Assembly: GCA_030324005.1 (NCBI GenBank)
Contig: JARDVH010000193.1
Location: 35,137,001-35,201,000 of the forward strand
Direction: 5' to 3'
Source: Negaprion brevirostris
Taxonomy: Eukaryota
Length of the DNA: 64,000 nucleotides
The notes beneath the pieces are model-generated. The model saw only the letters and a list, made by a program, of their open reading frames with translations, was not told the origin of the DNA and ran no database searches. Both the position numbers and the translations under genes were made by a program. How positions within the stretch are numbered: position 1 is the stretch's first letter; each line of letters begins with the position of its first letter. Positions 13,805-27,129 of the stretch are shown in pieces.

Positions 13805-16800
13805 GGGCAGAATTTTCCCAGCCTGCCTGCAGTGGGTGGATGTGTGAATCTGGCGGGAGTGTCAAACCCAACAGCATAAAGTCCTGTTACACTTGTGTAA
13901 ATGACAGGTTGTTCTTCCTGCTGGCAGGTGGCGCAAGCACTCTTTGCATTCAGTTGCGACCATGATAACTCATTAAAACAGCTGTCTGCTCAAATCCTTG
14001 TCAGGCTTTCCAATCTTGCATCATGTCAGCACCAAGTCCAATATATAAAGACAGGTGTGCACAAATTGGCCGTCAGTTCAGAGGCATGGGGTGGAGGAAG
14101 TTCAAACACTGGGGGGTTATGTGGAAGGGGGCTGCACAAGGGGAGGGAAGGGGTGAGAAACACTAGGAGGCTTTGTGGAAAGGAGGGGGGCTGAAGAAGG
14201 GCAAGGGCTTACAATGGCAGGCAGAGAAGCACAGAGGTGGATGAAGAGGATGAACAATGAAAGATGGCAGGAAGATCAATGGGAAGGAGGCTGGACCCCG
14301 ACAAGATTGCACGAAACGCAGACAAACAATAGGGGTGGCTAAGACCTCACGTGTTAATGGAAGTGGATGCACATAGACTGTGAATTATGGGTTGGATCTA
14401 TGTTAGTGTGGCACCTTGGGAATAGTTCGCATGAACGTCAAACACGTCGAGGCTGTAGTGCTTTGTAAAGGTCACTGTTGTCTGTAGTCCTCTTTGGANN
14501 NNNNNNNNNNNNNNNNNNNNNNNNNNNNNNNNNNNNNNNNNNNNNNNNNNNNNNNATTCCTGCTAAGAAATGGAAAGGAGGGGAGAAAGCCTCTGCAACC
14601 GAACATGCACACAGCCTCCAAATGGAGTGGGCACAGGCCCGTGTGAGGCCTGGGAACCTCACCAGTACTGGGCTCAGAGGTGGGGAAGTTGGGGGTGTGC
14701 ATGTCGATGTCCATCACCACAACAGGATCTAGTATTAATGGAGGAGACTGGAGAATAACAGGTGACATCTCGACCTGCACATGAGCCTCCAGATAAATTG
14801 GAGGCACTGGGGAGGGAGGGTTGAACTCTGTCCTGCAACAAAGTTGCAGCACCACTGTATTGACATTTGCATAAAATGGAATCTTCCAAAATCAAAAGTA
14901 AGATTGGTTCTCTCTGGGTGGGATATGATGAAGTGTTAGCCACAAAACTGGCCTTTGGGACTGCTTCTTGCAACCCATACACGTTGATGCTGCTAATGTG
15001 GACAGGATCCAAGTCAACTACACAGGACTCAGAGCCCATTGCTCAGGAAGCCAAAGCAAGCCAGATGTCTAATTTTGCGCTTTGAATTTTGCACACACCT
15101 GAAAAGGTTTGCATCAAATTTTGAAAAGTTATATAGTGGAACTTTCCAGGAGACGTGGGCTGTCCCTGCCTTCGACTACTGCGAGGATGTGTCTGAGGTG
15201 TTCTCCAGAAAGTGACCCCAAGTCTAATCTTGAACTACACCCCACCCAAGGTATGTGGCCCTGCATGGTGGAGGTTGCGGCTGAGCCCCCTCTTCCTCCA
15301 GACGTGCTTCTGGGCAGTGGAGAAGCATAGAAGTTAGGTGCAAGAGCACAGTATTCAGCTCTTCAAGCCTGCATCGTCATTCAATATTATCATGGCTGAT
15401 CATGCACTTCTGGCATAACCACTCCTGCTTTCTCTCCGTACCCCTTGATCCCTTTAGCTGCAAGATCCATATCCACTTCTCTGCTGAACATATGTAACAA
15501 CTGGCCCCAATGGCTTTCTGTGGTAGAGAATTTCTCAGGTTCACAACTGAGTGAAGAAGTCCTTCCTCATCTCAGTCCTGAATGGCTTACCCCTTATTCT
15601 TAGACTGTGACCTCTAGTTCTGCACTTCCCCAACATCGGGACCATTCTTCTCACATCAAGTCTGGCCAGTCCCATCAGGACTTTATATGTTCCTATGAAA
15701 TCCCCTGTCATTTGTTTAAATTCCAGCGAGTACAAACCCAGTGGATGCAGTCTTTCTTCAGTCCTGCCATTCTGGAATCAGTCTGGTAAACCCTTGCTGG
15801 ACTTCCTCAATAGCAAGCATATCCTTCCTCAGACTAGGGGACCAAAACTCAAGGTGTGGCCTCGTCAATGCCCTGTATAACCGCTATTCTCAGATTCTTT
15901 TGCTATGAAGGTCAGCATGCCATTAGCTTTCTTCACCACCTGCTATACTTGCATGCCAATCTTCAGCGACTGTTCCACTGTGACATCCAGGTCACATTGC
16001 ACTTCCCCTTTACTTGAACTGCCACCATTCAGGTAATAATCTTCCTTCCTACTTTTGCCACCAAAGTGGATAACCTCACATTTATCCATGTTATATTGTA
16101 TTTGCCCACTTGGTCCGTCCAAGTCACCCTGCAGCCTCTTAGCATCCTCCTCACAGCACACACTGCCACCCAACTTAGTGTTGTCCGCAAATTTTGAGAT
16201 ATTGCATCAATTCCTTCGTCCAAATCATTAATATATATTGTGAACAGCTGGGGTCCCAGCATGTACCTTGCAGTACTGCCTGCCACTCTGAAAAGGACCC
16301 ATTTATTCCCTGTCTCTGCTTCCTGAATCCCAACCAGTTCTCTATCCACATCAATATATTGTCCTCAATACCATGAGGTTCAACTTTGCTCACTCTCTTG
16401 TGTGGGACTTTGTCAAAAGCCTTTTGAAAATCAGATACACAAAATGCTGGGCTGAGAATTTGATAATGGAGGAAGCACTGATAGAGTAAATGAGATCTTT
16501 CATGCACTTTGTGGGTGAGTGACAGCTGCGCTGACCACTTGAACAACATCATCTTAGAGCAGAGAGGTGAGGTTGGTGTGCTTTTTTAAGCCATCCCTTG
16601 GGTAGAGCACATTTTAGAGGACTTGCATTCCCCCAAATGAGGGCCTGGAGGACCCTGATGGTGAAATCCAGTGCTGTTACTTATGGCTACTAACCTTTTG
16701 TCTCCCTCTTCCGTGCATGTTGGAGGTCTAGTGAAGATAGGTGGGCTGGGGAGAGTGATACAAGTGCACTGGACTGGTCTTTAAATATGGCACTGGGACC

Positions 16801-16999
16801 ATCAAACCCGTCAGCAGAAAGTGATTTTTTTTTGTTGCTGGCCTACCAGGAGAGGAGGTGGGGGGAGCCATCTTGTGCATAATTGATGAGCCTCCAACTG
16901 CTGAATCTGGCGCAGGATCCCACTGTTCTGGCCTGCAGGACAGGCACTGCCAGAGCTGCCTGCCACTGCACTTAACTTCAAAATGGGAGGATTCTGTCC
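13805..16999. mobile_element. Decayed Harbinger-type DNA transposon with a nested CR1
   Basis: Begins GGGCAGAATTTTCC and ends GGAGGATTCTGTCC (imperfect TIR pair); GC-richer interior interrupted at about 15327-16440. Confidence 0.5.
15327..16440 (-). mobile_element. CR1-type LINE, RT to 3' end
   Basis: DFQKAFDKVPH, LGPQLFTIYINDLD, KCEVIHFG and RTRGHSLRIRGKPFRTEMRKDFFTQ in minus-strand ORFs. Confidence 0.92.
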
Positions 17000-17014
17000 T
17001 ATATTCATCATTTT

Positions 17015-17450
17015 CGTAGAAACTAGAAGCAGGAGTAGGCCATTTGAGCATGTTCTGCCATTCATTTTGATCATGGCTGATCATGTTCAATATCCTGATT
17101 TCTGCACCCCCCCCATATCTCTTGATCCCTTTAGCCCCAAGAGCTATATCTAATTTCTTCTTGAAGTCAGACAACATTTTGGCCTCAAGTACATTCCTTG
17201 GTAGCGAATTCCATAGATTCACCACCTTCTGAGTGAAGAAATTTCTCTTAATCTCAGTTCTAAAAGGTTTACCTCTTGTTCTCAAACTATGACCCCTAGC
17301 TCTGGACTCCCCCACCATTGGGAACATTCTTTCTGAATCTCTGTAACCCAGTTAGAATTTTGTAAGTTTCTATGAGATCCCCTTTCACTCTTCTAAACTC
17401 CAGTGAATATAATGCTAACTGACTTAGTCTCTCCACATGTGACAGACTGT
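17015..17450 (-). mobile_element. CR1-type LINE 3' end
   Basis: MFPMVGESRARGHSLRTRGKPFRTEIKRNFFTQKVVNLWNSLP. Confidence 0.92.
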
Positions 17451-18359
17451 CATCTTACAAAAGTGCATCAAAGATTGACCTGATAATGTGTCAATCTCCC
17501 AGATTTGATTTTGTCAATTAACTGGAATCTTTAATGTAATTTAAATCCATAGGAATGCATTTTTAATAAAGTTGCTAATTCTACCANNNNNNNNNNNNNN
17601 NNNNNNNNNNNNNNNNNNNNNNNNNNNNNNNNNNNNNNNNNNNNNNNNNNNNNNNNNNNNNNNNNNNNNNNNNNNNNNNNNNNNNNNNNNNNNNNNNNNN
17701 NNNNNNNNNNNNNNNNNNNNNNNNNNNNNNNNNNNNNNNNNNNNNNNNNNNNNNNNNNNNNNNNNNNGGGCAGGTAGGTTACATTGACATGGAGAAAAAT
17801 ATTTTGTTATGATTATACAACCTTAAAATCTTAATTTTACAAAAAAATCAGTTAAGTGATTTGGCTAATGCAGGAGACAAATTGAATAAATGATCAAAAT
17901 TTTCTATTTTTTTAAACATTAAATGTGTAGAACAGAAGGAAGCTTTTCTGACATCACTTTTGTGCTAATTCTTCAATACAGCTTTCCAATTTAGTGTCCT
18001 ATGCCCATTTGAATGTGTTCCCTCCAAGTATTTATCCAATTTTCTTTTTATGTTACTATTGAACCTACTTTCACTATCCTTTCAAGCCATGCATTTCCGG
18101 ATCATAACCTACTGTTTTAAAAAAAAGTGCTCATATCATCTCTAGTTCTTTTTGCTTGTGTCCTCGGGATGGTGACCCATTTCCAACAGTAAAGAGATTC
18201 CACTTGTGTATTTTTTTGAATTGATTTTTATAAATTTCCAACATTGAGGGAATGGAACTCTATATTTGTAAAGTTAATGTGTCATGGACGTATAGAGATT
18301 GTTCAACAGTAATTATCACATAAACCAATCTTACCACATTCAGTTGTTTTAGTGCAAGA

Positions 18360-18940
18360 ATACACAGAATTATGTTGGACATCCAGTGCAGGAACAGGCC
18401 ATTTGACCCAACCAGTCCATGGTGCTGTTGATTCTCTACTCTAGCCTTTTCCCAGTTTTCCTCATCTAAATCCATCAATGTAACCCTGTACTTCCTCCTT
18501 CATTTGCTTATTTAGATTCCCCTTAAATGATTCTTTACTACTCGCTTCAACCACTCCCTGGGATAGCAGTTTCTTACCACACTGGGTGAAGAAGTTTCTT
18601 AATTTTCTCTTGGATTTCTTGGTGACCATCATCTATTGCTGGCCTCTAGTTATGCTTTTCCTGGCAAGAAGAAACATTCTCTCATGTCCACTTTATCAAT
18701 AACTTTCATGATTTTTTAAAAAACCCCATTTTGGCCACTGCTCAGCCTTTTTAGAAGAGGAAAGAGATCCAACCAATCAGTGCTTTCCTGATCTATAGAT
18801 CCATGCATTTCTGATTTCATCCTTGTCGTTCTTTTCTGCGTGCTGTCCAGCGCCTGTATATCTTTCTATAATATGTCAACCAAAACTGCACATAGTATGG
18901 CAAGTGTGGTCTACTCATAAGTGTGATGCAAGTTTAACAT
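18360..18940 (-). mobile_element. CR1-type LINE 3' fragment
   Basis: CAGGCCATTTGACCC tail motif and CACTGGGTGAAGAAGTTTCT (antisense of the FFTQRV-coding region). Confidence 0.7.
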
Positions 18941-19203
18941 AACTAATTAGCTGGGTTCACATTATTGTAGTGATCTATGTACAAGTTCCATAAGTGATGA
19001 CTGTAGACATTCAACCTTGGAAGAGCAGGGTATTACTGACAGCATCTTCCAGATTTCTGCTTTTAGCTGAGCATATGTAGCTGTCAATTTCACCCTGAAA
19101 TAACAGTAATATATTAACAGCATAGCCAACACATTTTGATATGGTAATATATTTGATCATTTCATTTTCCAGAATTATTTTCACAGCATGCATTGTGTTG
19201 TGA

Positions 19204-19353
<150 letters not shown>

Positions 19354-19403
19354 TAAGAGGATATTTTAAAGCGATTTAACACCAGTTGTATGACATAATA
19401 TGA

Positions 19404-19604
<201 letters not shown>

Positions 19605-20838
19605 TAACGATTTAGAATCATATTTACAAGGAAATTGAGAAATTGGACTTTGTTATTAGTTTTCTCTTACAATTTGTTCTGAGTTTTGAATCACCTACAT
19701 ATTGGGTCTCCAAGCTCCCCAGTGTCACATTGGGATGGTACCCCAAAGATGCGCAGGGAATTCCTCGGAACTTCTTAGGTAAACATTTCTACGGCAATTG
19801 CCCAAAAGTGAAAAGTTCCTCGGGGCAATTGCCCTGCCCTGTGAATTATCTGAACGTGTGATTTAAATATCAAACTTTGGATAGTTCTGGCTGGGTTACA
19901 GCATCTCATACTGTAAATAGAAGAATTAAAATCTCTTCTGACTTCATATTGTAAAAACCCAGACTGAGTCTCTCATTTACTTCAGATACTTATCATCTTC
20001 CCAGTCTGTTAATTTCAGTCAGACCTTTAAACTTACCTGGTTTACAGCAGCTAGTGCCTTAAAAAAGGGCCATGTCCTCCTCCAATATGACCACTGGACT
20101 GCAAAGCTAGACCTGGGAGATTACAGAATCTCACCTGGCTGGAGTTGGAAGGTGACGAAAGATGAGCACGGAAAAAATTTGGTATAGGTAGATGGTCACA
20201 AGAGTGGCAATCTGATACTGTCACTGAGGAAACCACAATTAGTTCCTAAGGTAGTATAACAATGCAAGGAAATTAGGTTTCTTAACCACAATGGAAAACT
20301 CATTTAGTATTGAATGCAGTACTTTTTGAACAGGGATCTAGTGTTTTTAAAACATTAATTTACCAAGTGTTTTTATGAGTCACAATCTACTAATAAGCAC
20401 ATCTGTGGAGAACCTGTAGTCTATTTATGTACACTGGCTGTTTAATTTAATGTTCTAGAATTATCTTTTCTATTTTCTTAATTAATTTTATAGCTACATG
20501 GCTCAGGTGCTTCCATTTCAGGCTGAAAAGCTCAAATTTCTCAAGTTATTCCTTAAAATATCATCCTGTTAATGCCAATGTTCATCATATAATCTTCCCA
20601 GTGGCCGTTTTTCAACTATAATTGTGACATATTACCAGACTAGTCAAGTGTGGTGGAATCCCATCTCTCTGATATTGGGTAAACTCAGAGATCACTGAAT
20701 AGTGATTTCTTGGATGCTAATAAGATGAGAACTTTGTTGCTATATTATGAGGTGAATATTGATCAGTAAATAACTGTTGAAGAAATGGTGATTAAAATAA
20801 AGTTCCTACAATGAGCCAATCTTTTCCTCCTTCCTCAG

Positions 20839-21026
20839 GGAATGATGTAACTTTGCTAGTTGGCCCACCACAGCTGGATAAATGTAATAACAATATTTCA
20901 GAATGCGCGGTCGTTGGCCAGCCCGGAAATAGGACCTCAGAAACATCTCTTAGCAAACACTCTTCTAACTCATCGTCTGCTCCACTGTCCTCTGCATCTT
21001 CTACCTTATCCAGTTCAAGTGACGTT
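20839..21026 (+). CDS. TENT4B: TENT4B coding exon, Ser-rich region
   Basis: CAG at 20836-20838, GTAAGT at 21027. (G)NDVTLLVGPPQLDKCNNNISECAVVGQPGNRTSETSLSKHSSNSSSAPLSSASSTLSSSSDV. QLDKCNNN and SLSKHSSNSSS are TENT4B rather than TENT4A features; 188 bp, phase 1-0. Confidence 0.95.
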
Positions 21027-21594
21027 GTAAGTAACCAAACCATTGGTTGTGTTTAGGTATCCTTTGTGGAGGTAAAAGTATTTTATGTCTCCATTTAAAA
21101 ACTTAAATGTCTTGTTTTAAATGTAGCTAGCAGGACACATAGGATTGTAAGTAAGAAGGAAAATAAACTTTATGATTAATATCTAAAAACAGTAGAAAAT
21201 GTACAAATAATGGACTCTCAAAATACCTGTCAGCGCTTGATGACCGTTACTGTACATTGGAGGTTATTTCTTCACTGATCCAGTTCTAAAGTGGTTAATC
21301 CATGCTTGATTTGAAATGTTATGCATCTGCAGTGCACTTTAAGTGGTTGAACTGAGAGTATTGGACTCCTGTTGTTGGCAAAGAGCAGGATTTAAACCTG
21401 CTTCCTTAAAGCAAAACCATTGCAACAACCTGTTGTAAAACCTAGACTATTGATAAATTATTTTCCTTCTCCCATTTCTTGTTTTATATTGCTTTGTCAA
21501 TAAGCTCTTCAAAGAAGCACTGAGGACAGCGAGAGCATACAATGTACTCTAGATGGTAGCAGCAAAGTCGCTCACCAAGAATGACTTTAGGGGG

Positions 21595-21965
21595 AGATGG
21601 TGGCATAATGGTAACGTCATTGGGCTGGTAATCCTGAGGCCCAGGCTAATGTTCGTGGTTTCAAATCCCACCACGGCAGCTGGTGGAATTTAAATTCAAT
21701 TAAAAGATCTAATTAAATACTAGTCTCCATAAGGTGACCATGAAGCCATTGTTGGTAGTTTTTACCATCTGGTTCACTGATGTACTTTTAGGGAAGGAAA
21801 CCTGCTGTCCTTTTCTGGTCTGGCTCGCATGTGACTCCAGACTCTCAGCGGCGTGGTGACTATTAACTGCCTCTGAAGTGGCCTAGCAAGCCACTCAGTT
21901 GAAGGACAGCTGGGGACAAGAAGTATGTGCTCGCCTTGCCAGTGATACCCACATTCTATGAAAAC
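21595..21965 (+). mobile_element. tRNA-derived SINE, second family, near full length
   Basis: A-box-like TGGCATAATGG and B-box-like GGTTTCAAATCC; body repeated at 7580-7816; LINE-like tail. Confidence 0.8.
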
Positions 21966-21999
21966 CTTTTTGAGAGCACCACCGCTGACTGAACTGGCT

Positions 22000-23425
22000 G
22001 TGCCCTGAATGATATAGTAGGTGGTATGAGAATCAAAGTGAGGGCAAAAATTTATCCTCCTCAATGCCAATCCATTTGTCACCAATGCGTCTGTCCACGA
22101 CAGTCTTATTTTCAGTGATTACTGCAGTCTTTGTGGGGATGAAATCTTGCCTTCACCACCTCCATCATGTTTGCCTCGTGTGCTAAATGGAATTGATTCC
22201 AAACCAATCTAGCCGTTCAGAACTGAGTTCTCTACCAGAATCTCTAACCTCATAGCTTGGCATATCCCTTGCCTGGACTGTTGTGGTTCAAGAAGACAAG
22301 TCCATCTTCGCCTTCTTGAGGGCAATTAGGGATGGACAATAAATACTGGACTAGCCAGCAATGCTCACATCCCTTAACTGAATTTAAAAGATTGCCATTG
22401 CCATCAATCAAGGCAACCTTGGTTCAATGTGGAGTGCATTGGAACATGTCAGGAACAGAGCCAGTTGCAAGTGAAAATGAAGTGCCAACTTGAAGCTACA
22501 ACATGGAACTACATTTGTATTAAATGGGAAAAAGAACATGCCGTAGACATGGTGACACAGTGACAGGGACCCGGGTTCAATTCAAACCTTGGGTGACTGG
22601 GTAGAGGTTGCACGTTCTGTGTCTGCATGGGTTTCCTGCACGTGCTCCATTTTCCTCCCATAGTCTAAAGATGTGCAGCTTGGGTGGATTGGCCGTGCTA
22701 AATTGCCCCTTAGTGTCTTGGGCTTGAACTGATCAGTGCAAGTAATGTCCATGTATTACAAGTGTTGGGTGATGATTATCTCCAACAAGAGAGCCTAACC
22801 AACCCCTACATTGACATTGAATGTCATTACCATTGTCAGGTCCACCACCATCAGCATCCTTTAGGGGTGGTGGCGGAGTCATCATTGACCCGGGACTTGT
22901 TGGATCGGTCACACAGTGCTGTGGTTATAAGTGTGGGTCAAGGCTGGATATTCTCTGACAAGTGACTCACCACTTCCAAAGCATTTCAAGTGCAAGGCAC
23001 AAATCAAGACTGTGATCGAATGCTCCCCACTTGCCTAGATGAGTGCAGCTACGGCAATGTTCAAGAAGTTTGACACAATCTAAGACAAGACAGCCCATTT
23101 GATTGGCACCATATCTCAAACCTGCATCACAGGTGCATCATGATGTCATTGTGTACCATTAGATACACTTTCGCAGATCATCAATGCTTCTTTGATAGTA
23201 CCTTCCAAATCCACTAATTCTTGCACCCAGAGGACAAAGGCAGCAGGTGCATGGGGACACCACCATCTGCAACTTCCTCCAAGTCTTGCACCATCCTGAC
23301 TTTATATGTCACGATTCTGTTGTCATTGCTAGATTAAAATTCTGGCGCTCGCTTCATAAGAGTACTGTATGATCTACAGTGGTTCAAAGAGGCAGCTCAA
23401 TATCTGTTTCTCAAGGACAGTGGGT
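22000..23425 (+). mobile_element. Fragments of a CR1/L2-group LINE interrupted by a V-SINE
   Basis: Same 3' region as 9350-9875 (CCTTCCAAA...GGCAGCAGGTGCATGGG...CACCATCTGCAA). Confidence 0.65.
22547..22720 (+). mobile_element. HE1-type V-SINE, partial
   Basis: Head plus V-domain (GGGTTTCC...TTTCCTCCCATAGTCTAAAGATGTGC). Confidence 0.8.
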
Positions 23426-23427
23426 GA

Positions 23428-23572
23428 TTGTCACTCTGCGGCATAAATATCTCCCACTTCTTATGCTTTTTAGTTTTGACAAAGAGCCATCGAAATGATT
23501 CAAGTCCTGATGGCTCTTTGTCAAAGCTAAGAAGCATAAAAAGTGGGAGATATTTATACTGCAGGGTGACAA
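23428..23572. repeat. Inverted repeat (64-bp arms, 17-nt loop) derived from a Penelope-like terminal repeat
   Basis: Arm 23428-23491 versus the reverse complement of 23509-23572 differs at about 6 positions, all transitions; the arm sequence recurs at 52310-52360. Confidence 0.9.
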
Positions 23573-23912
23573 AGGAAAGCTCTTTCCTTACAGATGCTGC
23601 CAGACTTGCTTTGATTTTCTAGCATTTTCTCTTTTGGCAGTAAATGCTGCCTTTATTAGCTTTGACCAAATTCCGTGAATGAGTTAAAAATATTGGTTAT
23701 AAATATGATTTCACAGTAAATTTCAGATTAACATTTCAAAAGTAAGTTGTTTGTATTTTGACTTGTATGATTTATAAAGTTCTAAATAAGAGATGCCAAT
23801 GTTTCCACCTAATGCAGGTCCCAGCATTATATAGGGTGGTGTTATCAGTTGGAGTGCTTTTGTTTGTGGTATTTGTGCATGATTTTAAATGTAATTATGT
23901 TTTTATATCTAG

Positions 23913-24080
23913 GATTCTGATGGAACACCTTGCAAAACCTCCAAACAATCTGGCAGTCGCCAGTCCAATACTAACAAATCAGTGCCACAAGAGATCCAAG
24001 CAGAATCATCTCCACCGCCAAGTTTGAAAATGAAGCATAGTACATCGAGCAATTCAACGAGCAACAACACTGAAGCTCAG
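23913..24080 (+). CDS. TENT4B: TENT4B penultimate coding exon
   Basis: TAG at 23910-23912, GTTTGG at 24081. DSDGTPCKTSKQSGSRQSNTNKSVPQEIQAESSPPPSLKMKHSTSSNSTSNNTEAQ (compare mammalian DSDATPCKTPKQ); 168 bp, phase 0-0. Confidence 0.92.
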
Positions 24081-24959
24081 GTTTGGAATTATTCACTTTG
24101 TGGCCTGTGACTGATGTGCAATTTGATTTCAAGTACAGTCCACTTTTATGGACTCGTTCTGTGCCCATTTGTGCTTTAGATTGTGTTTGAGGAAATTTGC
24201 TTCATGACAGAATCTAATTGCTCTCTTCTGCTATTCTTAATTCCCACCCCTTGCCACCCTCCAAAAATCGGTGTACTATAAGATCCACTAACAATCATAT
24301 TACGTGAAATACAGATAGAAACAGACATTCTTTCTGTTATCCTACATTGAAAAATTCACTGTTGATATTTATGTCCCTTGACATTTCTAACATTGTCCAT
24401 GTTGTTCTAATGTTTATGAACTGATGTTAGTTACTTTCTTCTCAGCTCCTTAATTCATTACTTAGTATCTTGAAACATGGATATTTTCCTGGGTTGGGTA
24501 TCTTCAGGTCATCTTGGGCCAGTTTGAAGTCAAGGCACCCATTATAATGAGTGGCATTCTGAAGTGCCAGTGGTTTCTTGCATCACTGAAATTAGTTGAA
24601 ATGGATAGAAAGGTCTGAAGTGATGAATTTCCACTGGGATCATATTTTTCCTGTTTTGAGAAAAAAACCTACATAAATATTGAGGTGTGCACGAATTTTT
24701 AAAAATCTGAATTTTAATTTCTAACTCTGCTAAAGCCAATGGCATTTCCAAAGGAGAAATATATAGAAGTTGAGTGTGGAAACAGGCCACTTGACTCAAC
24801 TAGTATGTCTCTTGACACTAACCCTTTTGCCAGATCACATTTTTGTTCTGATATTGTGTTACTATACCTATTTCAAGACTTTAAACTCCAGGAGTTACAA
24901 GGCTAAAAGTTTATTTCACTGCTGGTTTTATGGAAGAAGGTTTTAGTTATAGTTGGCAA

Positions 24960-26750
24960 TCATAGAAACATAGAAAAACTACAGCACAATACAGGCCCTT
25001 CGGCCCACAGTTGTGCTGAACATGTCCCTACCTTAGTAAGATAGAGGGATATAGGTAAGCCTAGTAATCTCTAAGTTCCATGTACTTATCTAAAAGTCTC
25101 TTAAAAGACCCTATCGAATCCGCCTCCACCACTGTTGCTGGCAGCCCANNNNNNNNNNNNNNNNNNNNNNNNNNNNNNNNNNNNNNNNNNNNNNNNNNNN
25201 NNNNNNNNNNNNNNNNNNNNNNNNNNNNNNNNNNNNNNNNNNNNNNNNTAAGTTCCATGTACTTATCTAAAAGTCTCTTAAAAGACCCTATCGAATCCGC
25301 CTCCACCACTGTTGCTGGCAGCCCATTCCACGCACCCACCACTCTGAGTGAAAAACTTACCCCTGACATCACCTCTATACCTACTCCCCAGCACCTTAAA
25401 ACTGTGTCCTCTTGTGGCAACCATTTCAGCCCTGGAAAAAGCCTCTGACTATCCACTCGATCAATACCTCTCAATGTCTTATACACCTCTATCAGGTCAC
25501 CCCTCATCCTTTGTCTCTCCAAGGAGAAAAGGCCGAGCACCCTCAACCTATCCTCATAAAGCATGCTCCCCAATCCAGGCAACATCCTTTTAAATCTCCT
25601 CTGCACCCTTTCTGTGGCTTCCACATCCTTCCTGTAATGAGGCAACCAGAACTGAGCACAGTATGCCAAGTGGAGTCTGACCAGAGTCCTATATAGCTGC
25701 AACATTATCTCTCGACTCTTAAACTCAATTCCTCGATTGATGAAGGCCAGTATACCATATGCCTTCTTAACCACAGCTTCAACCTGCGCAGCTGCTTTGA
25801 GCGTCCTATGAACTCGGACCCCCAAGATCCTTCTGATCTTCCACACTGCCAAGAGTCCTACNNNNNNNNNNNNNNNNNNNNNNNNNNNNNNNNNNNNNNN
25901 NNNNNNNNNNNNNNNNNNNNNNNNNNNNNNNNNNNNNNNNNNNNNNNNNNNNNNNNNNNNNNNNNNNNNNNNNNNNNNNNNNNNNNNNNNNNNNNNNNNN
26001 NNNNNNNNNNNNNNNNNNNNNNNNNNNNNNNNNNNNNNNNNNNNNNNNNNNNNNNNNNNNNNNNNNNNNNNNNNNNNNNNNNNNNNNNNNNNNNNNNNNN
26101 NNNNNNNNNNNNNNNNNNNNNNNNNNNNNNNNNNNNNNNNNNNNNNNNNNNNNNNNNNNNNNNNNNNNNNNNNNNNNNNNNNNNNNNNNNNNNNNNNNNN
26201 NNNNNNNNNNNNNNNNNNNNNNNNNNNNNNNNNNNNNNNNNNNNNNNNNNNNNNNNNNNNNNNNNNNNNNNNNNNNNNNNNNNNNNNNNNNNNNNNNNNN
26301 NNNNNNNNNNNNNNNNNNNNNNNNNNNNNNNNNNNNNNNNNNNNNNNNNNNNNNNNNNNNNNNNNNNNNNNNNNNNNNNNNNNNNNNNNNNNNNNNNNNN
26401 NNNNNNNNNNNNNNNNNNNNNNNNNNNNNNNNNNNNNNNNNNNNNNNNNNNNNNNNNNNNNNNNNNNNNNNNNNNNNNNNNNNNNNNNNNNNNNNNNNNN
26501 NNNNNNNNNNNNNNNNNNNNNNNNNNNNNNNNNNNNNNNNNNNNNNNNNNNNNNNNNNNNNNNNNNNNNNNNNNNNNNNNNNNNNNNNNNNNNNNNNNNN
26601 NNNNNNNNNNNNNNNNNNNNNNNNNNNNNNNNNNNNNNNNNNNNNNNNNNNNNNNNNNNNNNNNNNNNNNNNAGACCGAAACAAAAAAGTTATTTAAGAC
26701 CTCAGCCATTTCCCCATCCCCTACCACTAGGTTCCCCCTCTCATCCTCTT
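24960..26750 (-). mobile_element. Relatively young CR1/HER1-type LINE, partly in gaps
   Basis: ORF 25061-25852: KKAYGILAFINRGIEFKSREIMLQLYRTLVRLHLAYCAQFW...ERVQRRF; (TTTCTATG)n tail at 24960; EMAEVLNNFFVSV at about 26700. Confidence 0.93.
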
Positions 26751-27129
26751 AAGAGGGCCTTAAATTGTGGAATCCCTCGAGTATGTAATGGGTGCTGAAA
26801 TGAAGACTTAATATATAAATTGCTTACCTGTTTGTTTTCTGAAGAAAGTATTCTCTACATTGTAACATCACAATTTCCTTTTAATGTTGCAATGTTCAAG
26901 GGACTCCTCTAGGCAGATGTGCCATTATAGTATGCAGGTCTCCCAAGAAGTGCTGGAGTAGTATCTTTAGCATAGTAGAAAATAACGTGACCCTTCTCAG
27001 TTTGGGGGAAAACTTGGGTAGAAGACTGGGAGAACAACTGAAGGTACTGTTGAAAATTTTGAAGGAGAACACTAAAGTAGGGTATAGCTACAACAAGCTG
27101 AATGGTGTCGGGAGAGAATCCCTACAGGA

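Noticed and set aside
25069-25328. Exact duplication of about 80 bp around a 100-N gap
   Set aside because: Identical sequence on both sides of an unsized gap is a scaffolding overlap artefact. The same pattern occurs at 47755/47870 and 29484/29591.
25806-26752. Long ORFs of 290-314 aa (also at 43641-44290)
   Set aside because: They consist almost entirely of N-derived X residues.
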